Source of the DNA: Laetmonice hystrix
Taxonomy: Eukaryota
Reading direction: 5' to 3'
Length of the DNA: 64,000 nucleotides
NCBI GenBank assembly: GCA_965235115.1
Contig: OZ249445.1
Coordinates: 11,904,001 to 11,968,000, forward strand
Under the pieces are notes generated by a model. It did no database searches. It was not told the origin of the DNA and saw only the letters and a program-made list of their open reading frames with translations. The position numbers were made by a program, and so were the translations under genes. Shown here piece by piece: positions 1 to 11,347 of this stretch. Positions within the stretch are counted from its first letter, which is position 1; the number at the start of each line of letters is the position of its first letter.

Positions 1-1458
1 CCAGCTCCCATGTTGACACGTACTTTTTGTCAAATGTCCCCCCAGTCTGACATGTACAAGCAATACGAGGATCTGACTGAACCCGCCTCCCCTCAACCCC
101 TACTCCACTAGCTTCCTCCTTCAGCTCACCCCACGTCACCAATCCTTGCTCACTTCCTTCTCACTGACATGTTAGTATTCATGGAAGTATTTCCTCTGTG
201 GTCACCCACAGAATTTCTGGGATACAAAACAGCAAACCTCTCGCCCCTTGCAAAAACCTTCAACTTTCCGGTTGACATGATGTCGAATATTTCCGCCATA
301 TCTTTCCCTTTTTAATGAAAGGGGAAAGAGGTGGGAAGATATCTTTTTTGTTTGAACGCTTCCAGATGGTATAGATGAGATGATTCGCTTGTATACGGTT
401 TACTACTATGACGAAAATAAGTAAAATAGGCCAAATATCCAAAGAAATGTTTGCAAATACACAATAAATGTAAGCATAATAATTTCATATGTGAGCCAAA
501 ACTGCGCGTTCCAGAGAGAAGAGGCCATATAGTGGTCCCGGTTTGGGGGAGGGGTGGGGGTGGGTGGGGGTCCGCGGGGAGGTTTAGCGGTGGTCACCGG
601 CCGGGCGGGCCATCATTATTACCCCGTACATCCACTCGACTGGAGACCAATATCAACACATGATATGGGCATCACACGCCGTATTTAGCCCGGTAATCAT
701 GTCCCCATCCCTGTCCAACAATTCCGCTACCAATTCGGTCATGAAAATGAACTCATATTCTCGTTCCATCACCCGTGTCTACGCATGGCTACCTTTCCTT
801 CCCATCATGCCCCCTAAATCTCTCCTGCCCCACGAGAGAAGGCTCCCATATTCATTTTTTTTCCGAATGAGATATTCGGCAATTTTCTATCTGTCGTATT
901 TGTGCTTGGCTCTGTAGATGCGCCTGTTATATATCATATTTAGTGATCAATTTCACAAGGACGGCTGTGTGTGCCGCGCGGTCAGCCAGCATGAAATGCG
1001 TTCCCCTGGCCGGCCCCAATCAGCGCCAACCTGTCGTCATTACTGGGGCCAGCCCAACCCCCGCGCCCCACACACCTGATTGGGTGCCTTCTATTCTCGA
1101 CTCCCAAATGGTGATTGTTTCACCGAGACCGACGACAATGTTGCAGCTGGGGCCTGACCCAGCCTGGTCAGTTGGCCGGACCAATATTTACTCCTTCCTT
1201 CTGCCTGCCCGAGCTGGCCAGGCGATTGGTTTTCTGCAGAATTTGTCTCAGTGCCTCCCAGGGCAATGGTTCTCGTCTCGGGGCTCAGCATCCATTTGTT
1301 TTCTCTCACGGAGAGTTCCGATCCTGGAGTGGCGCGGGTCCCGGGAGGGGGCGGGTAGGGAGGGGGGAGGGGGTCCTTGGCGGATAGTCTTAACGGTCGC
1401 TAGATCGCCCGTCATAACTTAAACCCCACGAAATTTGCTCGAAAGTAAAGATCGATAG

Positions 1459-1560
1459 CCCTGACCTAATCCCTAACCCGTAACCCCGGTCCCTACACCT
1501 CCACAAAACATACCCATATCCTATCCCTATCCCTATCCCTGACCTTAACCCGAACCCCTG
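1459..1560. repeat. Degenerate telomere-like hexamer array (CCCTAA/CCCTAT/CCCTGA)
   Basis: Runs such as ccctaacccgtaaccc and cctatccctatccctatccctgaccttaacccgaaccc. Confidence 0.6.
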
Positions 1561-4500
1561 CCCAAGAAGTTTTGTGGTGAAGTTACCATGGGGGAATAAC
1601 CCAACGGTCGACCGATCGTCATGGAGTTTACCAGCATTACTCACACTGTACATAATCATGCTGGACTTTCAATAATATCCTTTATGTGGCTTCCTCCAAA
1701 CATCTCAGGATAACGGACCTATTCTAGATTATTTAATAAGCTCATGAATGCTTTTTCTTTTAAAAACCTTCCGTGAATAGTTTAAACTGCCAATGCTTCT
1801 ATGAACCACGGCACATCACCAAAATAAATCTCTGGGTGAAGAACTTCAAAACGACTATGGACCCCGTACTAATTTTCTCTTGTTAATCAATAGATAACGA
1901 CACACTATTTTCAAGATAAGGTACATTCTCGAAATAACATCCTGTATAAAGAAAACGGTACAGATGGGGATAGTGTGATGACAATGTCCATCTGTCGTGT
2001 TATACATCATGGCCACAGACTATGACAGATGTCACCGGTTTAAAGTTTCATAAATTATCAATACCGACATATGTAACTCTATACGCCGATATCTCTATCA
2101 GTATATTAGTAAGCGTGTAATACACCTGCCCGCCACCGACCCGTGAAATTGCCATCTCCAGTGTTACTCACATCTCATGTGAACTGTTCCATGCTTTCTC
2201 TCTACCCTCCTCCTCCCCTACAATAAGGAGTGGTCGGAAACACGATATCTGCCTCATCATATCTCCCCGCAAACCCCCTTTACAAAACAACCGAATTAAG
2301 GCAGACTTCTGGAAGACCAACAAGAAATGATGTCCATTTCATATGGCTTCAGCTTTCATACATGTCCATATAAGGTATTATATAGTATGTGTGTGAACAT
2401 ATGTTGTGTGATGTCTGTTCTACCAGAGTTCTCATATAATAGGGACGTCTGTTTCCCTCCATTTATCGTAGTTTATGTCGGCGGGGTGTTGGAGGGTGGG
2501 TGGAGGGAATTCACCAGGTGTAGGAAAACTGGATAAAAAATCTAAGTGGTCCGCTGTAGGTGGGTGTGTGATGGTTGGGTCGGTATAACCATGAGCAGCC
2601 GTCGGGAGACTAATTGCAGGGGTGTGTACGAGCCCGCTCAGACCCTGGGGAAATCGACTCGTCCTTCCATTGTGGGCACCTGGGTCTGGAAATCAATGCT
2701 AAAAAATAATAATAACTTCCTTATGAGAAAAAGTAGGCAATTAATGGCTTGGTTCTGAGCAAGCACCAACGCTGGGCCATTAACTAGGCCGGCAAAAGGT
2801 TGCGCCACTCAAAGGTGTTGACAGATTGCCGAGTTTGTGGAGGTCTCCGCACAATTCAATAAAATTTGCACGTTTGGGAATATCAGTGGTCTGTCTACAT
2901 GACGTTATGGAGGAGTTGGGAATTTTGTACATTAGGTTATTGCGTAGCAACAAGGTTAGTGAAAGGCTACATTGGGGTGGACCTCTATAGTGTGGAGGGG
3001 GGTAGGATCAGGTCCCCTGGCGGGTGGGTGTGTCTCCATCCTTGATTTAAGTGGATCCTAGTCCGGAGGTCAGCCCGGGCCGCTGGGGGTCAGTATAGCC
3101 CCCCGGCCGGCCGAGGGCTGACGGTGGAGGTGGAGGAGTAGGTGGGGGATCCCTGGATGATTACCCACGCCGGTCTATGGTTAACTATAACAAACGCCAT
3201 TACCCGCGTCTCGCCCACATTCCGTAACATCCCTCACAATTACATCGACCATCGCATCCAGCGTCCAATCAGCACAACAAAAAATCATCCCTTGATTTTT
3301 GCCTGGTTGGGGTCAAGAGGTCTCGGGGTAGGCAGCAGGTCATCAGGACGCCATAAGTGCACCAAGCCTATGGTGAGGCTCTCACGGTGGAAGAGCATCT
3401 AAAAAAAATCTTTCGGTAATGATAAAGTGGGTCTGTAATTAATGTGCACATCGAAAGAAGCTAATTTACCAAATGAATTGATTCTCTCTGTTGATTTACG
3501 ACGTGGGTAAAATGTGGCCGGAGAATGGCTCCTATCTGATCGGCCGCAGCGTCATATTACGTGCGCCGCTTGAAAGCATGTTTATGCGGCAATATCCCTT
3601 TCTGAACGACATGTCTTTTACATAAAATGGACATCGCTCTTCTTCGGCTAAATGACAACTGTGCTGGAACCTTTACATAGTATTCTCGTTCTGAATAACG
3701 ACGCATAAAGCGAGCTCATTAAAAGGGCCGTTAACATCTATCATTAGTCAGTTGACTTGCGGCGTGTAGCCTTTCGTTAAACAACCCGAGCCCGCTAATG
3801 TTAATCAACTGTGCTGAGTTAAGTGCACCGTGCAGTTGCTCTGCTTCATCAATACTAGTTCAAGTTCGCATCGTCTGCGAACAAAAAAACAACTTTACCC
3901 AAACCTTCCTCTTCTTACCATTCACAATGCTGATATGATCCACAAAGTACATGCTATTACCGGTATTCATGCATATGAAACAAAGCCAAGCTAACCACGT
4001 TTGTAATACAGGATACTAAACACTAAACACTAAAATTAATAAAGGTTACTGACGTAATACTATCCTTTCATCTCATCATCTTCATTTCGTCAAAGATCGG
4101 TGACTTAGAGAGGATCTTAATATCGGTGAAACTGTGAAAAGCTTTGGAGCCTAAATGTAGAACTTCTTAACCTCACTCGATTTACAGGCGTCAAACTGGT
4201 ACGGACGATTTAGCTAATATCATAAATTGACACTTAATTCAGGCAGAAATTATCCCGTCTTCCGTCAGTCACGTGCACATTTACCTTTTCTTTCTGGAAG
4301 TTAATTTCCATACAAAATGCTTTGTTTGGATTCATTTGTTTAGAAATCAATTAAACTTCCCCAACTCTTTCATATTTTAAATAATTAATCAGATATCCTT
4401 TATTAACACTGACTCTCTTCGTAAACGGTTTGTCCTTTAAACTGCCCATTTATATTTTTATTCTCCAATAATTATAACTTCTTAAAAATTGACGGGTGAA

Positions 4501-5768
4501 TGTAAGATGGAAATTAATAGAGACTTTAAAATGACAACTACTGATGTTCAAACCTGAATCATCTCAGGACGATGTTTTTCCTTCTAAAACTTCTTATCTA
4601 TAATTATGGTGATTAGACTTCATTTTTTGGCCCCTATGGAAACAAAGCACAGATAGCAGTCTTTAAATTCTTTTAGAGGACAACTTTGGGCAAAGCTGCA
4701 TTTTGTAATGATGCGAAATCAAGAGTAAGTATTCTTGATTTAATAATATAAACTTTTCAGTGTGATTCACACTAGAACACAAAATATTTCAGCTATTAGC
4801 CTAAATATTTTTAAATACGGCTAAATAGCGCTTTAAAGAGTTTAAAACATAATATCTGAACTCAAAACTGAAGTCCACATTAGAACCAGCCTATGGATGA
4901 CCACGCCATCATCCGTCAAGATTTGATCTCCGGTACAATGCACGAGTTTAACGTGTAACGTGTTATCTTTTGGCCTGTCAGTAAACAGTGTTCTTGTATA
5001 TACACTTTGGCCCGCGAGACGAACTCGCCTGACTCTGCCCTTTGATGGACGTCCTTCACGTCAGTGGCCCCACCTGGTGGATACCAGTTGAACTAATTGA
5101 TGCCGCCATGGTATACCTTTTTGTCGAGTTCCCCTTACTTTGCCTTTTGATTAATTCGTCCATTCATCTCATCTCTAAGATTACAACAGATAAGGTATTG
5201 CTAGTATAAATAGTTCAATAGTAAAAAGGATTGGGTACTACCACCCGTTCTCCACGATGATATATTCATATACATTAAACTGAGTAATATCCATTATATA
5301 TATTTGAAAGAATTATAATCATCAGATCCTTTAGAGCTCCAGTTGTAGCATGGAGAAATCCTTTCTCAATGCCTGGAACAAGCTCAAATATATTTAACTA
5401 GGTTCCAGTTATTGTGTTACAGCCTTGACGAGCCCAGCCTGGTGCCGATCAGTGCTACCACATATCGCTACCAGAGGGCGTGCTAGTCCGGCGGTGGGGA
5501 TACTTGGGGATACTTGGTTGGGCACCAGTACGATCCAGTTCAAATTCAAAAATACTATTGAGTAAAGAAAACAGGTCGCTGAGGCAGGAATACAGTAGCC
5601 ATGCTGCTAAAACATGCACATGTTAAGATCATAATCATTCCAATCAACTTCAGTAAACATTCTTAGTCAGTCACGTAGCGTAATCTCGCGATACGAATAC
5701 AGAAATACAATAACGCCAGATGGCGCCATACTAGCCTTAGTTCAGATATCTGCCGCTAGGAAACGTAC

Positions 5769-5840
5769 CTTGAGCTTGTTTATGGATTCCTTCGTAGATT
5801 CTGTACCCTGTAGTTGCCGTACTAATGTTGAACCCAAATA
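5769..5840 (-). CDS. ANKS1: ANKS1 exon, PTB domain (YLGSTLVRQLQGTESTKESINKLK)
   Basis: Acceptor ggtttctctcgcag|, donor AAG|gtacgt, 72 nt, phase 0 to 0; YLGS...GTEST signature. Confidence 0.95.
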
Positions 5841-6052
5841 CTGCGAGAGAAACCATGTCAAGATATATACCACATTAATAATTTAATGTCAATTCAATAA
5901 AACCTTTAAAAACACAAGTTACTGCATACGGCGTGTATGATAATAGTTTTATACACGTTCAGACGGTGATAATCTTTGACCACGTTTGGTTGTAGACAGT
6001 TTGAAGTGAGCAGAACCTAGCCAAGATTCCATGAACCATGAAGAGGTCGTAC

Positions 6053-6169
6053 CTGTGCCGAGTAGTTACAGCAGCCCCTGATGAGGACGTCAGGACGGTG
6101 TCGCCACTGTTTGATGGGACTCTCCTGGTGAGCCAGGTGGGGAGGTCGGATCGGTAACTCTCCCTCCTT
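6053..6169 (-). CDS. ANKS1: ANKS1 exon, start of PTB (KEGELPIRPPHLAHQESPIKQWRHRPDVLIRGCCNYSAQ)
   Basis: Tandem acceptor gttaag|aag|, donor CAG|gtacga, 117 nt (or 114), phase 0 to 0; WRH.P..L motif precedes YLGS in ANKS1 PTB domains. Confidence 0.9.
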
Positions 6170-6531
6170 CTTAACACATAAAACGGCAACAGAAACACTT
6201 ACCATCATCGTCATTATCATTATCAAACTACAGCAGTAGTATCAATCTAACCAATCTCTTATATAATAGTTTCTCCTACCCATTCTCTCTCACCTCTTAC
6301 TCAGTTGTCCCACTCATTCTCTCTTACTCAGCTCTCTCACTCTTTCATAATTCTCAATTTTCACTTGAACAAAGATTTTCTAATCATTTCCCAGGTAACT
6401 TCAGATGCAAATATTACCCATCAGCTGAGTTCTTCTCCAACTAAACCTGACCTAGAATAACACTATACGCTGACTATTATCAAAGACCCTACTATTTTTA
6501 GGGTTTTTGCTGTTAGCCTATATAAACGTAC

Positions 6532-6717
6532 AGCATTGGTAGGTGACGTCAAGTCGAGCTGTCCGTTGGTAGCCTGTTGTCGTTGCTGTGTGTTGGACTC
6601 AGTATCCTTGTAGTTGGACCTGACAGTAGTGTAGTCCCGGAACAGGTTGATGTCAGCCGCCGGGGACGTGGACGAGGACGCCCGGTCCTCAGAGAATGGA
6701 CTTAATGTCCAATCCTG
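6532..6717 (-). CDS. ANKS1: ANKS1 exon, SAM2-PTB linker (QDWTLSPFSEDRASSSTSPAADINLFRDYT...TSPTNA)
   Basis: Tandem acceptor gtcag|cag|, donor GCT|gtacgt, 186 nt (or 183), phase 0 to 0. Confidence 0.8.
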
Positions 6718-7012
6718 CTGACAGTACAAACAGACGGCTGATATACGACACGAGCAACGTATTTATTTTATACTTCCTTCTCTACTGTAGAGTGGAGACA
6801 GACATTTGTTACATGGAGAGGGTTGTAGGACCTAAAGTAGCCTCACTTACTTCATCCGTTACATTTCTGTCAAATAGGGGAATGGATTTCATTCACTAAG
6901 TATCACTAACCCCACCATGTAGTCTGCGTGTAATTGACCTCACTGCACAGAACCTTTTTAAAACCTGACTTGGCGAGGTGCAGTGTTTAAAACGGGAGTA
7001 TGCCAAACGTAC

Positions 7013-7129
7013 CACGGCACCAACGATGTCGACGATATCGTCACCTTGACTCCACTTGTCGTCGTCAGGTGGCGCCCGTAGCGAGGCGAGGATCCGTTTT
7101 CTGTGACCCAGTGTGTTAATATCGAGCAC
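7013..7129 (-). CDS. ANKS1: ANKS1 exon, SAM2 C-terminal part (VLDINTLGHRKRILASLRAPPDDDKWSQGDDIVDIVGAV)
   Basis: Acceptor tttgttgtacag|, donor GTG|gtacgt, 117 nt, phase 0 to 0; LGHRKRILASL hallmark. Confidence 0.95.
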
Positions 7130-7337
7130 CTGTACAACAAACCAATCACTCAATCCACCCATCTCTCAGAGACAGCAACTCAAGACACATCATCAACACA
7201 ATAAATCAACTACGACAGTTACAACGACCCTTTTCATCCCTTGCTACTCAGTAACATATCACTTACATTTGGGTGGGTTTTTTTTTTTGGTTTTTTTTTT
7301 TTACATTTTTCCCCGACCTTGGTCTGTGAGAACATAC

Positions 7338-7474
7338 CGTGTTGAGTTCGAGCTCCCAGATGTGTCGGACCCGGTCCATGGATGTAAAGTTATTGTTGGT
7401 GAACACATCGAGGTAAGAGGAGAGACGGAGTGACGACAGCCACGCTTCAACTGACTCGGGCATTTCTCCTTCAG
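7338..7474 (-). CDS. ANKS1: ANKS1 exon, SAM2 N-terminal part (EGEMPESVEAWLSSLRLSSYLDVFTNNNFTSMDRVRHIWELELNT)
   Basis: Acceptor tttgtttctgtag|, donor ACG|gtatgt, 137 nt, phase 1 to 0. Confidence 0.95.
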
Positions 7475-7718
7475 CTACAGAAACAAATAATACCAACCCT
7501 ACTGTCAACACACAATATACCAATTCACAAACCAAATATTATACATGTTAGATCAAGCTTTTAAAAAATATTACATGTATTTAAATTGTCCTAATGTTTA
7601 CTATGGGCTAAATAAAAAAAGAGAGATTGAAAGGCTAAAAGAGAGATTGTCAAAGAGAGCGGCGAGTTCTTTGAGTGGAAATGTCTATTTATGCCTGAGA
7701 GACAAGGTGCCTGCTCAC

Positions 7719-7830
7719 CTATAGATTTGAGGCGGGGAAGTGTTGCGCAGGCTTCCATGATTTGACTCCTGTGTTCGTCAACCAGGATTCCCAGTTCTGT
7801 CAGATCCTGGTCCTCTAGTACATTGGGACC
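7719..7830 (-). CDS. ANKS1: ANKS1 exon, SAM1 C-terminal part (GPNVLEDQDLTELGILVDEHRSQIMEACATLPRLKSI)
   Basis: Acceptor aatcgtccag|, donor TAG|gtgagc, 112 nt, phase 0 to 1; ANKS1 EDQDL.E.GI motif. Confidence 0.95.
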
Positions 7831-8068
7831 CTGGACGATTCAATATACAATATTACAACAGGAGTTTTTTCAATAGTTTCACATGGAGAATGGAAATCGA
7901 CAATTTGTTCAAAGAACAACATTCGTAACACAATAACACGTATTAATAGTGTGCGACCAGACATTATTTTTAATATGTCAATCCTTTAGGGTGCCCTTGT
8001 ACTGTCTGAGAATTGTACCATTTCCTTCCAAACATTCCACTGACATACTGGGTAGAAGCCAATATTAC

Positions 8069-8175
8069 CATAAAATCCATGTCATCGAAGCCATTAGCTA
8101 CAAGTGTGTTCTCGTACTGGGCGAGACCGAGTCCTTCCAACCAATCCCCGACACTCTGCATCGTACGCCCGACAC
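8069..8175 (-). CDS. ANKS1: ANKS1 exon, SAM1 N-terminal part ([35 protein letters not shown])
   Basis: Acceptor ccctctttacag|, donor ATG|gtaata, 107 nt, phase 1 to 0; SAM consensus SV..WL..LGL.QY. Confidence 0.95.
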
Positions 8176-9190
8176 CTGTAAAGAGGGCCAAAGGTCAAGG
8201 GTCAAAGGTCATCAACTACCTACTTCCTCTACCTTCTAACAGTCAACGGTCAAACACAGGCCATGCACCTTCAACTTGCTTTTTTCTCTAAAAGTAACGC
8301 ATTCATGTATAGTAACACCAGATATATTTCTTGTGCAAGTAATATCATGCCTTGTCCCTTATAAAATATAGAACCGCCTTTTGTAAGTGGACAATTTGAT
8401 TAAATATCGTATAATTGAACACAAAGTTTCGGTATAATATTAAGAGCACTTTAGCCAAAATTTGAGTCCGGATTTTCAGACATTTCTTGCCGCTGTTGTT
8501 ATTGTGCAAGTATTGTGCTCGCTGGATTTCTAAAATCGTTTGGTGAACAAATGCGTAAAACACGGAGAGAGTATATTGGAAGTTGTGTGTCCTATGTGAT
8601 GTTCTACTCTATAGACAGACCTAGTGCTGTGAATACTACGGTAACCTAGACGGACGAGAGGCACACACTTCCTATACTCACAGAAACTAACATCAAAGGT
8701 TGCCAACTCCTCTCTTATTAGTTGGAATGATCCCAAGACTGGGGACGGAGGAAGGGGGGGACCAGGACAGGAGGTCAGAGATCTGTTCAATTTTCGGATC
8801 TGAACGCGGTAACGATTCATGTCGACACTGTGCAACTTTCGACTTGACTTTAACTCTAAACACTATTAACAAATCCACCCCATCAAAATCTAACTTTGAC
8901 CCGCTACATTCAGTTCAATTTCTGACATTGAGATGTGAGCCTTGTGTTTCTAAAGCTCCGCGACCTAACTTCACATTCACTAAAGCGTACAGTCGGACAG
9001 TCATATAATGTCATTATAAATTAACTGAGATACCTATTGAAATAATTACTGCAATTTTCTAATGCAGCCTAGTATGGTTGAGAATGTGTAATGTTGGGAG
9101 GGTATGAGGGACGTGTGGGTTGGCAACCTCACCATGTACAGACAGGGCATGCAGAGGATTTAGGTGTACGTACATGCTACCCCCGTACCA

Positions 9191-9204
9191 CCACCAGGGG
9201 GCGC
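9191..9204 (+). promoter_or_regulatory. CTCF-like core motif CCACCAGGGGGCGC
   Basis: Exact match to the canonical core; motif match only. Confidence 0.55.
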
Positions 9205-11164
9205 CTCATCATCTCTGGCGTCTGAACATAAACGAGATCATGTCACCCAAAGCACACCACACACATACCACACACACACACCCCAGACACACACCATCAA
9301 CACACACCATAGCCTCTCGGGTTAGGAACACCATTCATTTGGTACAGGACTTGGTCAATATGTATTTAGTTTTTTATTTATTTAATTAAAAAATAACACT
9401 TTATATTAACGAGGCGATCTTGTAACAAATATTAAAAAAATTGGAGTAAAATATGATAATCAGAATAATTTAATAAATAAACGCCTCCAAAATATCATAT
9501 TATTGTGGCTCTTCGTTTTCACGCCAAATATGTGATGGCTGATATAGACTGATATATTTGCTATATTATAGGTTCAGACGTATTCAGGTCTTTGTGCCAG
9601 CCTAGTCTACACAGGTTTATCTTAATCATGTAGAAACGGCCATCATACTTATCTACATGTATACATTTATGTACATGGTGCCGAAATTTATTGTATAAGT
9701 ACCAACAACTTATCGCATAATTATCAAAAGCTTCAATTATGTAAAAATACTTTTTCGTTTAAATACTATGTTGATGACTACTGAACATACAATAACTTTC
9801 GGGGAAACAATTCAAATATTATATATCATACGTTGATCAGATAGGAAATCAGATTTTATGATTTTATTCCTTTTCTCTCAGGTTATGACGCAAATTATAC
9901 AGTGATGGCAAGTCTAGAGTAGGGCGTACGAGTACATGTAAATGGATGGGCAGACTTCATTTATGTCTGCCAACAATAAATTAATTATTCTATGAGCCAG
10001 GCATAAATAGTCAAATATCATGCACATAATATATCATACGTGTTTACATAAAATGTCTGTAAAACTAGCATATCAATCATACCAATCGTCATGCAAACCA
10101 AGTAACGAGTAAACATCTACACCAATCACCAACACGGGCTCATGACACCAATCAGGAGTAATGTGTGGCTCCAGGACGGTCTGCCACCACCACGTTATAC
10201 TCTATGGGTGTGTAGCAGTCCCGAGTCTGGTGACATGGTAGGACTGGAAGAAGTGAGGCTGAAGTTCGCAAGGTTAGAACACTACGAGGATGGTTCTTGG
10301 TACAACTATTATCACGACTACATATCTAGTGGCCCCGCCCCTCCCCACTCAAAACTTACTTAACGGGTTCTGCCCACTCATTTTATTTGTCTTTTGACAC
10401 TAAACTTTCCTTCAACTACAATTCTAATTGTAAAAATATACAAATACAAGGATTTTAGGATCAAATAATTTAAAGAATGGAATTTGCCATGAAGTAAAAG
10501 TATATCTAATTTTGTATCGTCATGATTCAGCGTAGCGATTTCTTTTTACATTAACGAGTTGTGTCCGGCCAAATGGAATATTTTGATAGGTTTAAGTGAG
10601 TTAACTGTTTAAGAATAAAATAAACATTCCTAAAAAACGCGATTCTTCCATGTTTCCACCACTCATTCTACGTATGGATTTTATATATGTAGTTTCTGTG
10701 CAGCCTTTGGTGAGAATACGGTGAATTTTACGGGCCAACAAAGTTTTATAATTCTGAATGGTGCATGTGAAATTCCTCATTATTCCTGCCGTATTATGTA
10801 ATATTTAACTGTAGTTTGAATCACCATGCAAGACAAGAACAAAAATAAAGCTTGGCCAGCCATCCTGTCAGGCAATAATCGTCAAACATATCTACGTCAG
10901 AACGTCATAATATTCAGAGTTGCGCAAAAAGACAAAAGCACAGATTCCATTACTGTACGGTCACATTAACATCACCACAAAAGAACTTTTTTAAAGTAAG
11001 AAACGAAGATCACATAAATTTACAAAGACAAGACCTAAAACCCGCCAGCGCACCCACCCTCACACATCCACACATCCCCAGACCACACACCGACTCTATA
11101 TTATAACCTAGGACATACAGAGGGGGATGCACAACAAGAAAGTGAGCGTTGTTGTGTTACGGAC

Positions 11165-11258
11165 CTGAGATGATTCTAGCAAACTCTTCCTCGAGCTCAC
11201 GTACGAACATGGATTCTCGAGTGATGCCCCCTCCAAAGGAAGCCATTATGTCTTCAAT
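11165..11258 (-). CDS. ANKS1: ANKS1 exon B, probable ancestral form (IEDIMASFGGGITRESMFVRELEEEFARIIS-G)
   Basis: Acceptor cttcctttgttccggttgggtag|, donor CAG|gtccgt, 94 nt, phase 0 to 1. It continues EEWAK|IEDIMASFG, like the pre-SAM W..I..IM.S motif I recall for the family. Confidence 0.82.
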
Positions 11259-11333
11259 CTACCCAACCGGAACAAAGGAAGTGCAAACGTTATAACACAG
11301 GCAGCCAAAGCATAACACAACACAGAACCCTAA

Positions 11334-11347
11334 GTTACCATGGTAAC
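11334..11347. promoter_or_regulatory. RFX X-box-like palindrome GTTACCATGGTAAC
   Basis: Perfect 14-bp palindrome fitting GTNRCC(N0-3)RGYAAC; motif match only. Confidence 0.5.

Noticed and set aside
943-1422. 159-aa plus-strand ORF
   Set aside because: No recognisable domain, non-ATG start, and GC-rich composition explains the lack of stops.
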